Notes: a model not told the origin generated them from the sequence alone. Positions 1-10,408 are shown, counted from the first letter of the stretch. The stretch: 17,484 nt of DNA from Geosiphon pyriformis uo1 (GCA_016748015.1 JAAOMT010000722.1:37342-54825), one strand, 5' to 3'. Numbers and translations: made by a program.

Positions 1-1225
1 GCAGTAGGACGATTCTTAGGATTAGCATCCCAACACTTTTTAATGAGTTTACGGATAGAAGGTGGAATAAGTGGGGAGGTAATATTAGGTCTTTGACCAT
101 TTAAAATAGCCATTATAAGGATTTCGTTATGAGGACAATCATAAAAAGGAGGTTTTCCTGTTGATAATTCCCATAATAACATTCCTAGACTATAAATATC
201 ACCAGCTGTTGTAAACTTTTCTCCTCTTAAAACTTCTGGTGGAATATATGGAATCACTCCACATATCTTTTTTTCTTTCATGTCTTTTCCTGTTGTTGGG
301 TCTGTTGTTGTTGTTGCTTCATGGTTTACTGGTTGACATAATCCAAGGTCTCCAATATTTACCCAGTTTTCACTTAATTGTAGGATGTTGCCCGAGTGTA
401 AATCACGATGAACCATACCAGAAGAATGAATTGAATCAAGTCCAAAAGCTATATAACATGCGATACGTATTTTTTTAGCCCAACTCTTAGAATGAAAATT
501 TGTTGATAAATATTTTCGCATATCTCCATGTTCGGCAAACTCCATCACAATTCCATACTCGAGTGTTTCAGCGTTTCGCGTAATCCCCAATATTTTAGAG
601 ACATAAGAACTTCTATATCCACCGTTATTAATAAACAAAGCACTTTGAATATTTAACTATCAAACCACAGTGTAAAAAAAGATTAAGTAAATAGATAATA
701 TATATAGTAAATAAATAATAGGTAAATGTAAATTAAATTAATATATATAAATATAAATAGTTTGCTTACCTCTTTAAACACTTCTGAACTGTTCGTTGGG
801 ATAATTTTTATTGCTACTTGGATCCCTTTTGTATATATATTTCTTTCATATTCCATTGAACCATGATGTTTTATACTTTCTACATCAATTAATCCATCAA
901 TTAAGGTTGCTTTATAAATTATACCAAACCCTCCTCTAGCAATTTCGTTGATATTCAACAAACGCTCCCATGGAATCCATTCATAGTAATTCAATCTACC
1001 ATAAATATAAGATTGATTAGGTGGAATATAGATTGGATTCTTAATTATTTTATCAACTTCTTCATTGCCACTTGAAAAGTCTTTATAATGTTTTTCAAAA
1101 AACATGAACCAGCATTCTTTACAATAATTATTACTATCATCTTTAATACTCTCTTGACACTCTCTACATTCGTTGCAATTATGAGCGTATGGACGAGTTG
1201 TTCTTTTAATTTCTTTGTTTTCCAT
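1..1225 (-). CDS. TKL-type protein kinase with N-terminal Cys/His-rich domain, copy A (exon 1 1225-770, intron 769-657, exon 2 656 to <1; 3' end outside window)
   Basis: Exon 1 is 456 nt (152 codons), followed by a phase-0 GTAAG...ATAG intron. Exon 2 reads open to the window edge. Motifs: IARGGFGIIYKA, VAIK, alphaC Glu (VFKE), HRDLHSGN, IGDLGL, GVIPYIPPE, DIYSLG, CWDANPKNRPT. HRDLHSGN and the upstream SSGNEEVDKII motif are typical of the expanded Glomeromycotina TKL kinases. Confidence 0.92.
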
Positions 1226-1902
1226 GGTTAACTTTATGTGAATAAAATTAAATAAAATTGAATAGGCTATTATTCGAATAGGGTTTTTAACAAGAACAAA
1301 GGTTTTTTTTTTTCGAAAGTAAATTTTTTAAAGGTGGAGTTAGTATTTATGTTATTTCTCTGTGTTCACATATCGTTATTCATCATACTAAAATAGGTTT
1401 AACTATGAACAAATCTAAGTAGCTATAATACAAACTATTTTTAAACCAATCAAAAATTGAAGTTTTCAATTTCATCATCATAATTTTTTTTTCAATAAAC
1501 AAAAATGATTTTTCACAGTGTTATTTTTAACAAACCATTAACTGATTGATTATATTAATATATATATAATAACTTTTAAATTAGTCATCAATTTATTTAT
1601 TTTATTATTGAATTAAAATTATTTATAAATTATTTTAAAAAATTATATTTCTAAACAAAAAAGTTTACTAAGATTGTAATAAACTATATAAACAATTAAA
1701 ATAATTTTTAATTTCAAATATCTGGTGTTTTTTAAAAAAAAAATTAAAATTGTAAAAAAAATTATTATTTAATTAATTTCTTAAAAATAAAGGTAAAACA
1801 AATGTTTTTTTTACATATTTAAAAGTTTTAAACTAAAACATAAAAAATAATTTATTAAAATTTTTAATTGGTTTTTACAAATTTTAAATTTTAAATTCTA
1901 TT
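1..1902 (-). repeat. Inverted segmental duplication 1, left arm (kinase A plus ~680 bp upstream)
   Basis: Reverse complement aligns to 5320-7592 (1<->7592, 1225<->6401, 1898<->5324). Upstream DNA is near-identical apart from one ~408-bp indel. Confidence 0.95.
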
Positions 1903-2523
1903 ATTAAACACTTGTAAAATAAAATTAATTGGAATTTTTACTATTTGTTTAACTAAATTTATAATAAAAAAAACTTGTAACAGTAAAATTTTTTGATATA
2001 ATAAATAATATTTTAAAAATTAAAATTTAATTTAAAGTAATAATTTAAAATTATTTTAAATGTTTAATTTTAATAATATTATATTTAAATTTAAAATTGG
2101 TATTTAAACAATTGTAAAGTTATTAGTTTTTAAAAAAAATGTTTTTATTAATTATAATTTTTTTTTGGTTTTAACAAAATATAGTTTATATTTTTTAATT
2201 TTAAAAATTAAATTATAAACTTAATTTGTATATTTCTTACATATAATTAACTATTTATATCTAAGTTAATAAATAAATATTTATTTTTTAAACTAAAAAT
2301 ATTTAATATTTTAATTAACCAAAAATTAAATTTTTTTATTTATAAATTTAACAACATAAATTTTAAAAAAACCAATTTAAATTTATATATTTTATTAATA
2401 AAACTACTAAAAAACAAATTTAAATTTTATTAAAAAAATAATAGTTTTAATATAAAACACAAATTCAACAAAATAACTAACAAAAACTTAAAAAACAACA
2501 AAAAACTTAAAAATTTAACTTAA

Positions 2524-2666
2524 AAAAAATTCAATATTATTTTTTATTATTTAAATTAATTAATAAACTAAAAACAATATTTAAAAATACACAAAATTTA
2601 AAATAAATAATATTATATTATTATTGTTTAATAAATTTTAACTTAATATTAAAAGCTTTATAAAAA
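2524..2666 (-). mobile_element. Fragment of a second decayed copy of the same ORF1-like sequence
   Basis: About 145-bp alignment with 8570-8710 (opposite strand), roughly 28 mismatches or gaps by manual count. Confidence 0.45.
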
Positions 2667-3425
2667 CAAATTTTTTATTTATTTATAAATATAGTTTAAT
2701 TACTATTAATATAAAATAATTATATAAAATCTTAAATTAAATATAATTTTGTATTTTTTAAATATAACCAATTACTTAATTAATCAAAACAATATTATGT
2801 AACTATATTTACAAAAACTTTATTACTTATATTAATAAAAAACAAATATTTAATTTTTAAACCAAAATTAATTATTTAATTCTTTTTTATTCTTAATAAA
2901 TATATTACTTTTATTAAAAGATGATTTAATAATTTTTAAACAATAATTAATTATCAAATAATAAATTAACTTTTTTTTATATTTGTTTAAAGATTTAAAT
3001 TAAATAATTAAATTCTATTTTTGTGACTTATAATTAATTTATATACAAAATCAATTAAACAAAAAATAGCCAACTTAATATTTACAAAAACTGGTTTAAT
3101 TTTAACAAATTAAAACTTAAACACAAAATTTTTGATTAAAAACTAGATACAAATTTATATTATTGAAATTTAAACTTAAAAATTAGAGTACAGTAAATAT
3201 TGACAAATTTATATTAATTAAAAATTTTCAAAAATTAAAATATTCATTTAAAAAATTTCTACAAACTAAAAAATTTAAGCTATATATAAAACTATGATTA
3301 AAAAACTTTATTTTATTACAATATATAGACAAAACATTTAAATAATATTTATTATAAAGTTTTTTTTTAAATTATAATAAGTAATTTTCTATATAAAATT
3401 TTTATTATATATATATACAGATTTA

Positions 3426-4744
3426 TTGTATTTTTGCTAATATATTTTATAACTATGTATAAATTAAAGTATTAAACCAAAATAACAAAATATTAATTAA
3501 TATTATTAATATATAAATTATTTTTTTATTTTTTTATTATTAATTAACGAGTGCAGCCCAACCACTACCTAAGTACATAAGATCAAACAGAACCCTAAAT
3601 TAAGCATGGCTCATGCTCTTTCTACAAAATAATTTATAATATTAAAATTAAAATAAATTTTTTATAAAATATATTAAACTATATTGTCTATTAATTTAAT
3701 AAAGTAATATATATTACTAGAAACAATCTTGCTATTTACAATCAAAAACTTTTTTTTAATATTAAATAGTAGTATTAAACTAAAAAAAATAGTTTAGACT
3801 ATTAATTTATTAGTTTATTTATTATTAAAAATACCAAAATATTTTTTTATCTTTAATTATTTTTATAAAATATTTTATTATTAATTATATTAACTATATA
3901 ATAGTGTTTTATTTAACAACTATTGTAAAAATTAATTTTAATTATATTTAATTTTACTTGATAAGTATTTAGAACTGTTTAATTATTTAAACAAATTGTA
4001 ATTCTATAAATATTATAATATACTTAAGAGCCAATACTATAACTTACAATTCAATTAAGATAAAAAATAGTAAATTATAGACTTTTATATTTATATTCAT
4101 ATTTAAATTAAAAAAACAAGCTGTTATACTATTAATAATATTAAATAAACCAAAATTTTTAATTAAGTTATTTGTAAAAATTGTAATTTTAAGTAAACAT
4201 AAGTTTTTTAAATTAGAACAAACAATATCTAAACTATTTATATTTAATATACTTATTTTAAATAACAGTTAAAAAAATTGTAAATAATTTTAACCAAATT
4301 ATTGACAATAATAAAGTCTAAAATTAATAAAAACAAAAAAAAACAAAGTTTCTAAAATCCAATTGCTTCTAATAACAATTTTTTTTTAATTAAAACACTT
4401 ATTATAACTATTTAAAAATTAATTAACAAAAATTATGCTAAAATATTTAAAAAAACTTGACTATTTTAAAATACTTAAAATAAATTAAAACTTTTAAGAC
4501 AAAAATATTATATTTAAAATAAAATATATTGAACATATAAATTATTAAAAAAACTTTATTATATAAAAAAATTCTGGTAATATTAACTAAAAAATTGTTT
4601 AGAAAATTAACTTTTAATTTAACCAAAAACTAAAGTGGATTTTAAAAAATTTAACTTAAAATTTATAAATCTAATAATTTATGTTTAAAAAATCCGTTAA
4701 AAATCTTATTAGTATTAATAAAATTTATAATCAATATTATTTTC
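3426..4744 (+). repeat. Inverted segmental duplication 2, left arm (AT-rich, non-coding)
   Basis: Matches the reverse complement of 16284-17484 (3426<->17484, 4744<->16284). Differences are mostly transitions, plus a ~103-bp insertion at 3524-3626. Confidence 0.93.
3524..3626 (-). mobile_element. Severely 5'-truncated non-LTR retroelement 3' end with A-rich tail
   Basis: GC-richer island absent from the paralogous site (17387-17395). The minus strand ends ...ttgggctgcactcgttaattaataataaaaaaataaaa, similar to 5206-5310. Flanked by aaattattt (3515-3523) and aaataattt (3627-3635), a candidate 9-bp target-site duplication (TSD) with one mismatch. Confidence 0.8.
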
Positions 4745-5325
4745 AGCTTTTTGCTTTGGTTGAGTCTATTGTTGAGCTTATTGGCTCTTTGGTTACAACT
4801 TTTGAACAGTTTATTAATAATGATTTGGTTTCAAGTAGTGCTTTTGGTCTTAGGATCAATGAAGTTTTGGTGTATATGGGTTTCTTTAATAGAACTGTTG
4901 GTAAGTTGGAAAGAGAAGTAGTTTCTTTGAAAAAGAAATGTTGCATAGAAAACATTGATATATTTGGTGACTTGGAGCTTCCACTTATTGTAAGTAATGA
5001 AATGTTTTCTAATTTGATGTCCCTTTGAGAACATGAGTCTGTTGATATTAAAACTGATTCCTTTAAAACTGCTGAATAACTAGTTAGATTGGTTTCTTGT
5101 AGTGCAACTTTGTTTTTTGTTATTCAAAAGATGTTGTTTTTGAATAAGTTTTCTTCTGTAACATCAGTATAGTGTGTTCTTGACTGGTCTAAGTGGCTGG
5201 TCATGTGTAAAAAGTGCATGATTTATGCCTAGTTTAGATCATTAGTTTGATGTATTGCACTAGGTGGCTTTTGGGCCTTACTCATTAAATGTAATAATAA
5301 AAAAATAAAAATAAAATAAAATAAA
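4745..5325 (+). mobile_element. 5'-truncated non-LTR retroelement: degraded ORF C-terminus (to 5172), short 3' UTR and (AAAAT)n tail
   Basis: Sharp GC rise at 4745, exactly where duplication 2 homology stops. The frame continues through TGA (5026) and TAA (5077), both likely decayed TGG, to TAG at 5170-5172. A-rich tail at 5293-5325. 3' UTR is shared with 3524-3626. Confidence 0.75.
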
Positions 5326-7592
5326 ATTTAAAATTTAAAATTTGTAAAAATCAATTAAAAATTTTAATAAATTATTTTTTATGTTTTAATTTAAAACTTT
5401 TAAATATGTAAAAAAAAAACATTTGTTTTATCTTTATTTTTAAGAAATTAATTAAATAATAATTTTTTTTACAATTTTAATTTTTTTTTTAAAAAACACC
5501 AGATATTTGAAATTTAAAATTATTTTAATTATTTATATAGTTTATTACAATTTTAGTAAACTTTTTTGTTTAGAAATATAATTTTTTAAAATAATTTATA
5601 AATAATTTTAATTCAATAATAAAATAAATAAATTGATGACTAATTTAAAAGTTTTTATATATATTTAATATAATCAATCAGTTAATGGTTTGTTAAAAAT
5701 AACACTGTAAAAAATCATTTTTGTTTATTGAAAAAAAAATGATGATGATGAAATTGAAAACTTCAATTTTTGATTGGTTTAAAAATAGTGTTAATCCATC
5801 AATATTTTAACGACATAAATAAACAACTTTTTAATTAATCTATAATCATATTTAAATTATGATAAAAATTAATAAACCTACCATTTATTAGTAAATGAAA
5901 TAAAAGGATACTAAATTAAAATATGTTTATATTTCATAATTGCCTTAATTATAACTAATATATATATATATTACAGTTCTAGTTTTGAAGCTTTTAGTGA
6001 AACAGAGGTATAAGTTTGGGCAATATAACGGCGGGAATAAATAGAAAGTTTGATGATATCAAAGGTAACATTTACGTATCGACCTTTTTTTGGAATTTAG
6101 AAACACGATAACATTTTTGGCCTCTATTTTAGTCCACAAAGAATTTCAGCAGTACAATATTTTTCATGTAATACATCGTTTTTAGTTGGCGTCTTTGTGT
6201 ATTATAGCTACTTAGATTTGTTCATAATTAAACCTATTTAGTATGATGAATAACGATAAGTGAACACAGAGAAATAACATAAATACTAACTCCACCTTTA
6301 AAAAATTACTTTCTAAAAAAAAACCTTTGTTCTTGTTAAAAACCCTATTCGAATAATAGCCTATTCAATTTTATTTAATTTTATTCACTTAAAGTTAACC
6401 ATGGAAAACAAAGAAATTAAAAGAACGACTCGTCCAGAGGCTCATGATTGCAATGAATGTCAACGGTGTCAACGGTCAATTAAATATAATTCGTCTAATA
6501 ATTGTAGTGAATGCCAGTTCATGTTTTTTGAAAAACATTATAAAGACTTTTCAAGTGGCAATGAAGAAGTTGATAAAATAATTAAAGAATCCAATCTATA
6601 TTCATAAATATGATGGTCAATTGAATTACTATGAATGGATTCCATGGGAGCGTTTGTTGAATATCAACCAAATTGCTAGAGGAGGGTTTGGGATAATTTA
6701 TAAAGCAACCTTAATTGATGGATTAATTGATCTAAATAGTATAAAACATGATGGTTCAATGGAATATGAAAGAAATAGAAATACAAAAGGGATAGAAGTA
6801 GCAATAAAAATTATCCCAACGAACAGTTCAGAAGTGTTTAAAGAGGTAACAAACTATTTATATTTATATATATTAATTTAATTCACATTTACCTATTATT
6901 TATTTACTATATATATTATCTATTTGTTTAATCTTTTTTTACACTGTGTTTTGATAGTTATATATTCAAAGAGCTATGTTTAGTTATAAGGGATATGAAA
7001 GTTCTTATGTCTCTAAAATATTGGGGATTACGCAAAACGCTGAAACACTCGAGTATGGAATTGTGATGGAGTTTGCCGAACATGGAGATATGCGAAAATA
7101 TTTGTCAACAAATTTTCATTCTACGAGTTGGGATAATAAATTAGGGATCGCGTACAGTATAGCTCGGGGACTTTCTTCAATTCATTCTTCTGGTATGGTT
7201 CATCGTGACCTACATTCGGGCAACATCCTACAATTAGATGAAAGCTGGGTAGATATTGGAGACCTCGGATTATGTCAACCTACAAACAATGAAGCAACAA
7301 CAACAATAACAACAGAGGAAAAAAAGATATTCGGAGTGATTCCATATATTCCACCAGAAGTTTTAAGAGGAGAAAAGTTTACAACAGCTGGTGATATTTA
7401 TAGTCTAGGAATGTTATTATGGGAATTATCAATAGGAAAACCTCCTTTTCATGATTGTCCTCATGACGAAATCCTTATAATGGCTATTTTAAATGGTCAA
7501 AGACCTAATATTACCTCCCCACTTATTCCACCTTCTATCGGTAAACTCATTAAAAAGTGTTGGGATGCTAATCCTAAGAATCGTCCTACTGC
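5320..7592 (+). repeat. Inverted segmental duplication 1, right arm (probably extends further; its partner runs off the window)
   Basis: Colinear with the reverse complement of 1-1902; contains an extra segment at 5790-6197. Confidence 0.95.
6343..6367. promoter_or_regulatory. Candidate promoter-proximal element: palindrome TATTCGAATA plus repeated CCTATTC
   Basis: Identical in both kinase copies (also 1259-1283), 35-60 bp upstream of the ATG, and retains a CpG. Function is unproven. Confidence 0.25.
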
Positions 7593-7911
7593 TAGAGAAC
7601 TTACAGGAAAGTTTATGGAACTTCTTGATTTGTATAATAATCATATATTTAGATTGATATACTTTGGGAAATCAAATATACTAACAAAAATAGCAAAAAA
7701 TGACTCGACAACAACAAAGATAGCAATTCATCCAGAAGCAGTTTATACAAGTCGTCTTTTAACTGCTCAAATAGTCAATTTTTCAACAGGTTTGTTTATT
7801 TAATTTATAAAATGATTGATTTTATTTGCTTTAATTACATATTTTAACTTTCTTTTTAAAGAATTAGTCTATTTACCTGAGAGTAACAAAGTTGAAAAAA
7901 ATTTTGAATGA
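6401..7911 (+). pseudogene. TKL-type protein kinase copy B (exons 6401-6845, 6958-7789, 7862-7911), ~441 aa if the +1 frameshift at 6584-6586 is corrected; either a pseudogene or an intact gene with a sequencing error
   Basis: Joins track ORFs 6401-6607, 6621-6881 and 6976-7803. Intron 1 is GTAAC...GATAG (6846-6957), at the same position as in copy A. Predicted intron 2 is GTTTG...TAAAG (7790-7861, phase 1), giving ...FSTELVYLPESNKVEKNFE*. All kinase motifs plus the C-terminal HPEAVYTSRLL are present. ATTAAAGAAT here vs ATTAAGAAT in copy A is the only frame-breaking lesion. Exon 3 is less certain than the rest. Confidence 0.85.
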
Positions 7912-8289
7912 ATTTTCAATGTGTAATCGTTTAAATGAGTTTAAATAGATTTAATCTTTTTAATTATAAATCAATCATAATTAGATTAGAATTATATTTT
8001 ATATTTAGCAAAATTATCTTTTATTAATAAAATTTAAATATATAAATGTAACATACTTTTATTTTCCATTTACCGTTTTAAAAAAAAATTTATAATTATC
8101 TTTTAATATTTATAATATTAATTAAAATATTTAATTATTTTGTTTTATATTATTTGTGATAAATTAAATTAAATTAATTAATTAATTAAAATCAAAATAA
8201 TCAATAATTAAAACACTAAAGCATTCTTTTTTTTTTGTTTTCCGAAAACACTATTGGTTTTTACTCAAATGCTTAATAAAACTACAAAA

Positions 8290-9040
8290 TCAAATTAGTT
8301 TATGTTAAAATTATGGTTTAATTTCTATATGGATTTATTAGTTTAAAATTGATTATTAAAAACAATATTAAATTTTTTGTGTAAAATTTGTATTTTAAGT
8401 TATTTTAAATACTATTATTAAGATTAAATTTGTTAATTTATTATTTTTACTACTTTTAAAATTGTAAAATCTTTTATATTATTTAAACTTGCTTCTGTTT
8501 TTGCTGTTATAAATTTTTACAATAATTTTTTAACATTTTTTAATATAATTAAGAATGTTTTTGGTATTTTTTATAAAATTTCTAATATTAAAATAAAGTT
8601 TATTAGTTTGTAATAATATGTTAATATGTATTTTAAGTTTTTTAATATTGTTAAATATATTTTTGCTTATTGATTAATTTTAATAATAAAAAATAACATT
8701 TGAATTTTTTTATTAATTAAAAACAAATTATTGTTTTTTATAATGTGTTAAAAATCAAGTTATTAAATTTTTTTTAATTATACAGTTTTTAAATTTGATA
8801 ATTTAATTTTTTAACCTAATAATTAAACTTGTTTTATTTTTTAATTTTTTAATAATTATTATTAAAAATTTGTTATTGTAATTTTTAAATTCAAAAAAAT
8901 ACTCAACAATATTATTTTTTAAATTAATATTTTGTAAAAAGTTGTATTTATTGTTTTTTTTAAAAATTTAAAAATATTTTTAATTAAAATTATAATAAAA
9001 AAAATAAAAAGATTATTATTATTATTATTATTATTTTAAT
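8290..9040 (+). mobile_element. Heavily decayed LINE ORF1 (gag-like) fossil
   Basis: Ghost frame FGIFYKISNIKIKFISL**YVNMYF...Y*LILIIKNNI*IFLL...KIKLLNFF...TCFIF. Reversing C>T/G>A gives an RRM-type ORF1 I recall from a multicopy fungal family. 8570-8710 is ~80% identical by eye to the reverse complement of 2524-2666. Boundaries approximate. Confidence 0.45.
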
Positions 9041-10408
9041 GCTTAGAAAGTCTTTTTAAAAATAAAAATTATCAAACAACATTTTTTAAAATGCTTTTTG
9101 TAAATAATAAAAACACAAAACAGTTTTTAATTATTGATAAAATACTTTTTTTGACGTTAAATAAAAGTTTTTTTCATCTAAAATTCTTTTTAAATAAATT
9201 ATTAAACCTAATTTTAAGTAATTATTATTATTATAAAAAGTTTAAAAATATTTAATAACAAATTAATAGCCAAATACTATTTTTTTTTCTTAAATTTGAA
9301 GTATTTAATTCTTTTATAATATCAAAAAAAAAATTTTTTTAAATTAATATTTTTATTTTAAAATTTGTATTTTTTTTTGTAAAAAATAAAATATTTGTTT
9401 TAATTAATTTTTCTAATATCTATATTAATTTTATAATAGTTGTATCAATTATAATACTTAATTTAAATTTGGTTGTAAATAATTTTTTTTTTATAAATAA
9501 TAATAGTAATAATTATGTTTATTAAAATTAATTTTAATTAATACATAATTAAGTTGTTAATATATTAAATTTTAATTAAATTTTAATATTTTTAAAAACA
9601 AAACAAATTATATTTTTTATATATTTTTTAATTTATTTATTTATTTAATTTAATTAAATAAAAATTAATTTTTTTTTAAAAATTATTATTAATAGAAAAT
9701 ATTTTAAAAAAGTTTTTATTCTATAGTTTATACAAAAAATTAAATTAAAATTAAGCTTCAATTTTAATTTACTAATTAATTCTTTAAACTTAAAGATTAA
9801 ATAGATAATATATAATAGTAAAATATAAATAAAATTATATTTGTTATAATATTTGAAATAATATAAAATAAAATAATAATTGTAAAGTTTAATATTAAAA
9901 TTAATAAGTTATTATTTTTGGTTTTATAAATTAATATTAAAACTTAAATAATAATTTTAAATTTTTTTTGAATTAGTTAACAGATTAAAAAAAGTTTGTT
10001 TATTAATATATTTGTCTAATATATTTTTAATAAAAAAAATTTTAGTTATATAATATTGTTAATTTTAGTTATAATTTTTTTTGATATATTGAAAATATAT
10101 TTGTATTTTTATTATAAATTGGTTTAATTTATTGTTATTATTATTATTATTATTATTATTAAATTTTTGTTTTTTTGTTTTTTTACAGTATATATTTACA
10201 AATATATTTACATAAAAACTAATATTTATTATTTTATTAAAACCAAATAAACTTTTTTTTACAAAAAATTATTTTATGTAAAAATTTTCAATTAATAATC
10301 TAATTTTTTTATATTTTTTATATTTTTTTAATTTTAAAAATAAATTTTATTTATTTTATTTATTTTATATTAAACCTAATTAAATTTGTATAAATATAAA
10401 ATTTTTTT

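Noticed and set aside
239-478. 79-aa Leu-rich plus-strand ORF resembling a membrane peptide
   Set aside because: Antisense shadow of kinase A exon 2; the Leu run is the complement of the ACA repeat.
683-769. Hydrophobic C-terminal tail of ORF 683-1225 (apparent transmembrane segment)
   Set aside because: Read-through into the AT-rich intron; the same applies to the ends of ORFs 6621-6881 and 6976-7803.
2900-3420. Ghost reading frames in the spacer (also 13940-14260 and 9500-10150)
   Set aside because: Probably more decayed elements, but I could not assign them to any family from sequence alone.
4681-5034. ORFs 4681-5028, 4743-4955 and 4831-5034 as genes
   Set aside because: The first is a chimera of AT-rich flank and a decayed retroelement frame; the other two are its antisense shadows.
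6401-7592. Diversity-generating retroelement (template/variable repeat pair) as the cause of kinase variation
   Set aside because: Differences are not adenine-specific, include in-frame indels, and no reverse transcriptase is present in the window.
1-7592. Assembly artefact (fold-back chimeric read) as the cause of the inverted repeat
   Set aside because: The arms differ by frame-preserving, structured substitutions and a 408-bp indel, unlike read error; long-read confirmation is still advisable.
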